This document shows positions 8,197 through 15,140 of a stretch of DNA of 44,793 bases, piece by piece. This stretch comes from an uncultured Staphylococcaceae bacterium (GTDB taxonomy: Bacteria; Bacillota_I; Bacilli_A; ML615J-28; CAG-313), in NCBI GenBank assembly GCA_964474685.1, contig CAYYTE010000001.1:40599-85391 (forward strand), written 5' to 3'. The position numbers and the translations under genes are program-made. The notes beneath the pieces were generated by a model. That model did no database searches, was not told the origin of the DNA, and saw only the letters and a program-made list of their open reading frames with translations. How positions within the stretch are numbered: the first letter of the stretch is position 1; every line of letters begins with the position of its first letter.

Positions 8197-9114
8197 ATGG
8201 AAAACTTAGTATATTTGTGCATTGATGCGGGGGGGACAAAAACCAAGGGTTGTTTGTTTTCCTTAGATGGGAATGTTGTAGCAGAGTGTGTTACAGGACC
8301 AGGAAGTCCTGCAGCGGACCCAGATTCTTGTTGGGACAATATAACTTGTGCCATTGATAAATTAATTAAAGAGAATCCACTACTTAAGGTTTGTTTTATT
8401 CAAATGGGTGTTTCAGGGGCTGGTGTTGTTCCTAATTTAAAAAGTATTGAAAAGGGCTTTAGTGATAAATATAGGGTTCCTTGTTCAATTCAAAATGATG
8501 CGATTGAAGGCTTGTATTCAATTATTCAAGATAAATATAAAAGTGGAATTCTTGTACTTGCGGGAACAGGGAGTGCTGTTTACGGAATCAAAGATAAAGT
8601 TACTTTTTTGATTGGTGGCTGGGGCCATATTATTCGTGAACGTGGAAGTGCATACGCATGTTGTCACCAAGCAAGTTTAAGGGTTATTGATAAGTATGAG
8701 AATAAGATGACTTTATCTGATTTCGATAAACTATGGATGAAACATTTAGGAATTGATACTGTAAATGATTTTAAAAAAGTGTTTTATGGCTCTCCCAAAG
8801 ATGTGATTGCTAAGAATGTTATATATATAAAGCAACTAGCAAATGATGGAAATTTGGATGCCCGAGATATCTTGTTAGAAGAAGGCAAAGCCTTAGGTGA
8901 ACAAGTTCATAAACTTGCTGTTCAACTTGATTTGACAGATGATGCTGTTATTGGATTAAGAGGAAGTTTTATTTTAAAAGATGCAATGTTTGTTCAACAA
9001 GGTTTGTTTAGTTATTTAGATAATTTAAATTACCATTTTAAATATATAGAAAAAGAAGAAGATCCTATTGTAGGAAGTTTCTATATGGCAAAAGAAAGAA
9101 GTATCGTATGTTAG
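8197..9114 (+). CDS. BadF/BadG/BcrA/BcrD-type ATPase, GlcNAc/MurNAc-kinase-like sugar kinase
   Basis: RBS ggagg. It has the phosphate-1 motif CIDAGGTKTK, LAGTGS, and GGWGHIIRERGSAY, typical of N-acetylglucosamine-kinase-like proteins. Confidence 0.7.
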   Translation: MENLVYLCIDAGGTKTKGCLFSLDGNVVAECVTGPGSPAADPDSCWDNITCAIDKLIKENPLLKVCFIQMGVSGAGVVPNLKSIEKGFSDKYRVPCSIQNDAIEGLYSIIQDKYKSGILVLAGTGSAVYGIKDKVTFLIGGWGHIIRERGSAYACCHQASLRVIDKYENKMTLSDFDKLWMKHLGIDTVNDFKKVFYGSPKDVIAKNVIYIKQLANDGNLDARDILLEEGKALGEQVHKLAVQLDLTDDAVIGLRGSFILKDAMFVQQGLFSYLDNLNYHFKYIEKEEDPIVGSFYMAKERSIVC

Positions 9115-10235
9115 CTATAGGGATTATGAGTGGTACCTCTTTAGATGGAGTGGATTGTTCGCTAGTACGTATTAAAAACGTATTTGGTAAGGTAAGATAT
9201 GACCAAATTGATTTTGTTTGTATTCCTTATGAAGAGTCTTTTAAACAAAAGATTTTAGAAGCATCTTCTTTATCTTCATCGAATGTACAATTAATTTGTA
9301 GTTTAAATGTTGAAGTGTCAAAAAAATATTGTGATGCTGTTAAAAAGATATTAGAAAATAATAATTTAAGTTCAAAGTCTATTAACTTTATTGCTATGCA
9401 TGGCCAAACGATTTGGCATAATCCAAATAACAAAGATGGCTTTGAATCATCGACTTTACAAATTGGTGATCCATCAATTCTTGCTTATGAGTTTAACACA
9501 AGAGTTATATCAAATTTTCGAATGATGGATATGGCAGCTGGTGGGTGTGGTGCCCCCTTAATTCCAATGGTAGATTATATTTACTTTCGTGCCCTGAAAT
9601 GTAATGTTGCTTGTCAAAATATTGGTGGGATTGGAAATGTTTGTTTTGTTCCTAAAAATCACAAGAAACAAGATGTAATTGCTTTTGATACAGGTGTTGG
9701 GAATATGCTCATTGATTTAGCAATGAGGAAGTTATATAATCAGCCCTATGATTGTGATGGTAAGATTGCTCTAAGTGGCGTTGCTCATGAGTGCCTTGTA
9801 GATAAGTGGATTAATGAGGATACCTATTTAACCGAACCACTTCCGAAAAGTACAGGACGTGAAAGGTATAATGATGACTACTTAAATAAAATGTTAGAGG
9901 ATGCAAAGGGATTACCTAATGAAGATATAATTGCTTCAATTACTTGTTTTACTGCGGATTCAATTGTCCTTGAATATAAAAAGTTTTTACCAACGCTTGA
10001 TGTTGTATTATTATCCGGTGGTGGCAGTAATAATCCGGCAATTGTAAATAGACTCGTGGAAAAATTAGAGTGTCCGGTTTACATTGATACAAATAGTGAT
10101 AGTTTTGAGGCTTTTGGATTTGCAATATTAGGTTATTATACACTTAAAAAAAGGCCTGCAAATATATGCCAAGTAACAAATGCAAAAAGTGAAGTGGTAC
10201 TTGGTAACATAACAAATAAACCAAGAAAGGATTAA
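9108..10235 (+). CDS. anmK: Anhydro-N-acetylmuramic acid kinase
   Basis: The N-terminus IGIMSGTSLDGVDCSLV, plus HGQTIWH, QIGD, FDTGVGNMLID, KSTGRE and LSGGGSNN, form the characteristic AnmK block order. Confidence 0.85.
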   Translation: MLAIGIMSGTSLDGVDCSLVRIKNVFGKVRYDQIDFVCIPYEESFKQKILEASSLSSSNVQLICSLNVEVSKKYCDAVKKILENNNLSSKSINFIAMHGQTIWHNPNNKDGFESSTLQIGDPSILAYEFNTRVISNFRMMDMAAGGCGAPLIPMVDYIYFRALKCNVACQNIGGIGNVCFVPKNHKKQDVIAFDTGVGNMLIDLAMRKLYNQPYDCDGKIALSGVAHECLVDKWINEDTYLTEPLPKSTGRERYNDDYLNKMLEDAKGLPNEDIIASITCFTADSIVLEYKKFLPTLDVVLLSGGGSNNPAIVNRLVEKLECPVYIDTNSDSFEAFGFAILGYYTLKKRPANICQVTNAKSEVVLGNITNKPRKD

Positions 10236-10239
10236 GAAT

Positions 10240-11157
10240 ATGGATGTAGATTTAAAAAAGATTTCAACAGAAAATAGAAATCCTCATACATTAAATATTG
10301 ATGTGATTCCTACAATTGAAGTGTTGAAAGAGATTAATGACGAAGACAAAGGGGTTGCGGGTGCAGTGGAACTTGCTATTCCTCAAATTGCCAAAGCAGT
10401 AGATAAAATTGTAGAATCCTTTGAAAAGGGTGGCCGTTTGATATATATGGGAGCAGGTACTAGTGGAAGAATTGGAATTCTTGATGCTGTAGAATGCCCT
10501 CCAACTTATGGTGTTGATTTCAATATGGTTCAATGTTTAATGGCTGGCGGAGCAAAAGCAATGGTGAAAGCTGTTGAAGGTGCTGAAGATTCTAAAGAAT
10601 TAGCAAAAGAAGATTTAAAGAATATCAATGTAACACCAAATGATTTTGTTTGTGGAATTGCCGCAAGTGGAAGAACTCCTTATGTTATTGGGGGAATGGA
10701 ATATGCAAAATCTTTAAATATTCCTACGGGTTGTATTACAACAAGTGCCGCATCTCTTCTTGCAAGTATTGTAGATTTTCCAATTGAGGCAGTAACAGGC
10801 CCTGAGGCGATTACAGGTTCTACAAGGATGAAGTCCGGAACTGCTCAAAAGATGATTTGTAATATGATTTCTACTACCGCAATGATTAAACTTGGAAAAG
10901 TTTATCAAAATCTAATGATTGATTTACAAGCAACAAATGAGAAGTTAGTATCTAGATCCTGCTCGATTGTTTCCTCTTTATATGGAACTACAAAAGAAGA
11001 AAGTATGGAGTTAATTCATTCCTTTGGTAGTATTAAACGTGTAATCTTTTCAAAAGAAACAGGTGTAACTAACGCCTTAACTATTGATAACTATTTAAAG
11101 AGTGCAAATAATAATATTCGTAAAGCAATTGCTCTTTTTGAAGGACGAGCAAGATGA
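10240..11157 (+). CDS. murQ: N-acetylmuramic acid 6-phosphate etherase
   Basis: TENRNPHTLNID, RLIYMGAGTSGRIGILDAVECPPTYGV, IAASGRTPYV and GSTRMKSGTAQKM are classic MurQ SIS-domain motifs. Confidence 0.9.
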   Translation: MDVDLKKISTENRNPHTLNIDVIPTIEVLKEINDEDKGVAGAVELAIPQIAKAVDKIVESFEKGGRLIYMGAGTSGRIGILDAVECPPTYGVDFNMVQCLMAGGAKAMVKAVEGAEDSKELAKEDLKNINVTPNDFVCGIAASGRTPYVIGGMEYAKSLNIPTGCITTSAASLLASIVDFPIEAVTGPEAITGSTRMKSGTAQKMICNMISTTAMIKLGKVYQNLMIDLQATNEKLVSRSCSIVSSLYGTTKEESMELIHSFGSIKRVIFSKETGVTNALTIDNYLKSANNNIRKAIALFEGRAR

Positions 11158-11891
11158 AGACAGTTCAAAGGGAACTCATTCATGATGGATATACTTTAAG
11201 GGGACTATATACTACTCCTGATGGTGAGTTTTCAAAACTTGTAGTAATGCTTCATGGCTTTACAGGACATAAGAATGAAAATGGTTACTTTTTTAAATAT
11301 TTAAGTTGGGAACTAGCAAAATATGGGATTGCTTCACTTCGGTTTGATTTTATGGGGAGCGGTGATTCCGATGGATATTTTAAAGATTTTACTTTAGATA
11401 CTTTATTAAGTGATGCGAGTTGTATAATTGATGAGGGTGTAATACTGAATCATCATAAGAATATTATTCTACTTGGTTTTTCTATGGGTGGGGCGATTGC
11501 TTCAAGAATATCCCTTAGTAAAAACTCATTAATTGAGAAAATGATTCTTGCATCTCCTGCTGGGAATATGCCATTGCTTTTAGAAGCTGCTTATAATACA
11601 AGAACTCCTAATGATAATGAGTGTGTAGATATGGGTGGATACTATTTAAGTAAAAAGACTGTCGATAGTTTTCAAAACTATGATTTCTATAAAAACTTAG
11701 AAGAATTTACGAAACAGGTATTAATCATACATGGTTCTAAAGATGCGGCTGTGGATTTACAATATAGTAGAAAATTCTATGAATCCTATAAGTTTGCTAC
11801 TTATGAGATTATACCGAATGCAACTCATTGCTATACGACTATTGAAGATAGAAAAAAAGTATATAATCTAATTATAGATTTTTGTAAATAA
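11154..11891 (+). CDS. Alpha/beta hydrolase, esterase-like (cinnamoyl/feruloyl-esterase-type fold)
   Basis: ATGA overlap with murQ. It has the oxyanion region MLHGFTGHKNE, the nucleophile elbow GFSMGG, and HGSKD...H near the C-terminus. Confidence 0.65.
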   Translation: MKTVQRELIHDGYTLRGLYTTPDGEFSKLVVMLHGFTGHKNENGYFFKYLSWELAKYGIASLRFDFMGSGDSDGYFKDFTLDTLLSDASCIIDEGVILNHHKNIILLGFSMGGAIASRISLSKNSLIEKMILASPAGNMPLLLEAAYNTRTPNDNECVDMGGYYLSKKTVDSFQNYDFYKNLEEFTKQVLIIHGSKDAAVDLQYSRKFYESYKFATYEIIPNATHCYTTIEDRKKVYNLIIDFCK

Positions 11892-11903
11892 TTTGGAGTC
11901 GTT

Positions 11904-12599
11904 ATGAAAGCAAAAATGATTGCCCATCGTGGGTATAGTAAGTTTGAGTTAGAAAATACTGCCCCTGCCTTTATTTCGGCTGGTGTTAAAAGTTTTTATG
12001 GAACCGAATGTGATGTTCATAAGACTCTTGATAATCAATTTGTAATTTGTCACGATGATAATATATCAAGAATTAGTGGAATTGATTTATTTATAAAAGA
12101 TGCTCGTTTTGATGATTTAGCAAGGGTGAATTTAAATGATATAACCAAAGACAATTTTGTAACATATTATCATATTATTAAACTAAGTGATTATATTGAG
12201 ATAAATGCCAGGTATCATAAACATTGTGTTATTGAATTAAAAGATGTATTTACAAGGGATGATTTAAAAGAAATAATAAAGATTATTCAATCTTTTAATT
12301 ATTTAGAAAATTGTTCCTTCATATCTTTTATCTCTAGTAATTTATTTCAGCTTCGCGATATGGGTTTCGATAATGAAATGATGGTATTATTAACAGAGTT
12401 TAAGGATGAGTATTTAACGGATTTGATTAAATATAGTTTAGGAATTGATATATTATATAAAAATATCTCAAAGACACTAGTTGATTTAATTCATAGTAAT
12501 CATTTAAAAGTAAATGTTTGGACTGTGAATGATGAACTGGAAGTAAAAGAATTAGAAGCTATGGGTGTAGATTACATTACAACCAATTGGATAGAATAA
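11904..12599 (+). CDS. Glycerophosphodiester phosphodiesterase (GDPD) family protein
   Basis: IAHRGYS..ENT, GTECDVHKTLDNQFVICHDD and VNVWTVN are GDPD hallmarks. Confidence 0.75.
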   Translation: MKAKMIAHRGYSKFELENTAPAFISAGVKSFYGTECDVHKTLDNQFVICHDDNISRISGIDLFIKDARFDDLARVNLNDITKDNFVTYYHIIKLSDYIEINARYHKHCVIELKDVFTRDDLKEIIKIIQSFNYLENCSFISFISSNLFQLRDMGFDNEMMVLLTEFKDEYLTDLIKYSLGIDILYKNISKTLVDLIHSNHLKVNVWTVNDELEVKELEAMGVDYITTNWIE

Positions 12600-12621
12600 A
12601 AAAGGCCAAAAGGCCTTTTTT
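12598..12621. terminator. Bidirectional intrinsic terminator between convergent operons
   Basis: aaaaggcc-aaaa-ggcctttttt is a perfect stem with A and T tracts on both sides. It overlaps the stop codon of the minus-strand ABC gene. Confidence 0.7.
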
Positions 12622-15139
12622 ACATATCATATTTTGATGTCAATACTGCAGGAGGAAGTCTTAATAAATTAATAATAGGTAGGATACCAATGAATACATT
12701 TAATAAAGTAAGTCCTACGAGTATTCCTAGTACTGGAAGAATCGATAAATATACACTTATGCCAATGGAAGGTATTGTTGCTAAGAAGAAGTATACTCCC
12801 ACTGTTATAAGTACGGTAGGTATGGTTGTGAAGAGAGTTATGGAAAGAATTTGTATAGCAAATAATTCAATAAGACTATTCTTGCCTATTCCAATACTGC
12901 GATAAACTCCAATATCATATATCTTTTTAATTGCACTTGATTTCATTGTGAAATATAGTATAAATACTGTTGCAAGTAAAACAGTTAAAGTGACAATTAA
13001 TCTTGAGTTTCTTTTTTGAATTAGTTCATTTAAATAAGACTCCATTTTCTCTTGGTAGAGATTGGATTTTGATTGTCTTAACGATACATTTACATCATTT
13101 CCTAGCATATCTTTTGTTGGAATTGTCACATCGGTATCACTAAAATATGAGTCGATTTGGGATTGATTAGTTGATAATATTTGGAACTTTTTATTGTACT
13201 TAATTAATAAATCGTTGTAAGTAGAATAAAGTCCTTCTGGAAATAAGATGTCTACATTGTAGAAATCATTTGTATAATAGCCAATGACATTAAACTCTAA
13301 CTCGCTGTTAAAGAGATTTAATTTAAATCCTTTATAACGAACACTGTCCCATAACTTTTTACTGCCAATGATATCTACTTGTGTATCTGTCTTTGTTAAT
13401 GGTAAGTCTTTTACTATTGTTTCTAATTCGTTTGAATAATATCTCGTGTCTATATTTTTATATTTTTCTTCATACTCACTATAGATATTTGCTGAAGTAG
13501 AATAGGTTGGGAGCGAATCACAAAGATAATTTGATCCATAGATAGACATATTGTTGGCATCACTTATACCAACAACAACAACCGAGAGATTCTTTTCTTT
13601 AATATCTAAGGTTTTCCCGATAAAGTCTTCCGCATTAGAAAATAAGTTTTTCGCAATAGAGTTAGATTTTAAAGCTTTATCACAAACCCACTTATCGAGT
13701 ACTACTTCATTAAACGCATTTGGGAGTCTTCCATAGATTAATTTACTTGAGTCTAGGTAACTCATAGGCATGAAACTAAAACCTTCGATTGTTAGTTTTG
13801 ATACGCCTAGTTGTATAAACTCATTATACGAGTATTCCAAAGAAGTGGAATGAACAGGTAAGGTTTCACCTATTTTTTCTTGTTTTAATTTATCATAAAG
13901 TCCATTAAAGCCTTGTTGGAATCCATAATTTGTTACATAATCGTTCGTAGTATATTCAATAGTTGTTGATCTTGCGTCCGTCAATACGACGGTTTCTGGA
14001 TGAACACTTGATACTGTCATAAAATCATTAACAGATATCGTTAATAATACTGCCATAATGATTAAACTTAGAAACAAGAATATTTGTTTCTTTTTCATTA
14101 AAACGATATTATCCCAAGCTATATGCCATAATTCTTTTTTTGATAGTTTTGATTTCTTTGAACTTTTTAGATTTGGCAAATGATAATTAAATTCTTCAAT
14201 TTCATTTTGTGATATTACAGGCCTATGAGAATCTAGCACTTCAATTTGACCATTATTATCAATCGTGGCAACAGGAGCAGTACTGGATGCTTGAATGAAA
14301 TATTGACCATGTTCATAAATGATATTTAATTGAATCGTCGGAGCATTACAATCTTTATGGTTATAGACATTTATATTTGCAAAATTGCAATCTACACCTT
14401 TTTTATCATAGTCTTTTAAGTATAAAGTTTCATCATCGATATAATCTAATGTTTCTGATTTTTTATTTGTCTCATCTTTTATAATCTTGCCATCATTAAT
14501 ATGAAGAATTCGATCGGCATAGAAATAAGCAATGTCTTTTTCATGAGTTACTAGAAGGACTAGACATTCTTTTGATATCTTTTTAATGATATTCATAATT
14601 TGAATGGTGTTCTTTTTATCAAGGTTTCCCGTGGGTTCATCCGCAAATATTATTTTTGGTGATTTTACTAATGCTCTTGCAATTGCAACTCTTTGCATTT
14701 GTCCGCCTGATAAATCCCTAACTAATTTCTTTCGGTATTTATACATACCTACTGCTTTTAAAACATATTCAATTCGTTCGGTTTTTTCTTTTTCTGGTAT
14801 ATCATAGATATTTAATACTAGTTCAATATTGTACCAGATTGTTGCATCTGGTAATAAGTAATAGTTTTGAAAGATATAGCCATAGAGTTCATTTCGAAAT
14901 TTATCACACATCTTGTAGTTATACTTCTTTAAAGTGACATCTCCTACCGTAATCGTGCCTGATTGAAACGAGTCAAGACCACCGATAGTATTAAGAAATG
15001 TTGTTTTACCACTACCTGATTCCCCAAGTAAACATACAAGCCCCGTATCTTCAAAAGTGATAGTAGCATCTTTAATAACATGTATTTCATTTTCTTTATG
15101 TTTGTTAAAGTATTTTTCTAGATGATTTGTTTGTATCAT
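12620..15139 (-). CDS. Fused ABC transporter ATP-binding/permease protein, MacB/FtsX type (839 aa)
   Basis: The N-terminal nucleotide-binding domain has GESGSGKTT, LSGGQMQRVAIARAL, IIFADEPTGNLD and VTHE. It is followed by one TM, a ~330-aa extracytoplasmic domain and C-terminal FtsX-like TM helices. The RBS GGAGGA lies inside the 3' end of the upstream gene. Confidence 0.8.
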   Translation of the reverse strand: MIQTNHLEKYFNKHKENEIHVIKDATITFEDTGLVCLLGESGSGKTTFLNTIGGLDSFQSGTITVGDVTLKKYNYKMCDKFRNELYGYIFQNYYLLPDATIWYNIELVLNIYDIPEKEKTERIEYVLKAVGMYKYRKKLVRDLSGGQMQRVAIARALVKSPKIIFADEPTGNLDKKNTIQIMNIIKKISKECLVLLVTHEKDIAYFYADRILHINDGKIIKDETNKKSETLDYIDDETLYLKDYDKKGVDCNFANINVYNHKDCNAPTIQLNIIYEHGQYFIQASSTAPVATIDNNGQIEVLDSHRPVISQNEIEEFNYHLPNLKSSKKSKLSKKELWHIAWDNIVLMKKKQIFLFLSLIIMAVLLTISVNDFMTVSSVHPETVVLTDARSTTIEYTTNDYVTNYGFQQGFNGLYDKLKQEKIGETLPVHSTSLEYSYNEFIQLGVSKLTIEGFSFMPMSYLDSSKLIYGRLPNAFNEVVLDKWVCDKALKSNSIAKNLFSNAEDFIGKTLDIKEKNLSVVVVGISDANNMSIYGSNYLCDSLPTYSTSANIYSEYEEKYKNIDTRYYSNELETIVKDLPLTKTDTQVDIIGSKKLWDSVRYKGFKLNLFNSELEFNVIGYYTNDFYNVDILFPEGLYSTYNDLLIKYNKKFQILSTNQSQIDSYFSDTDVTIPTKDMLGNDVNVSLRQSKSNLYQEKMESYLNELIQKRNSRLIVTLTVLLATVFILYFTMKSSAIKKIYDIGVYRSIGIGKNSLIELFAIQILSITLFTTIPTVLITVGVYFFLATIPSIGISVYLSILPVLGILVGLTLLNVFIGILPIINLLRLPPAVLTSKYDM

Positions 15140-15140
15140 G

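Noticed and set aside
14604-14807. Two antisense ORFs (14604-14807 and 16759-16974) whose translations resemble each other (SRFPVGSSA...ALAI...C.CP.D)
   Set aside because: The similarity arises because both lie opposite the conserved Walker B/signature region of the two paralogous ABC genes. It reflects sense-strand paralogy, not a conserved antisense gene.
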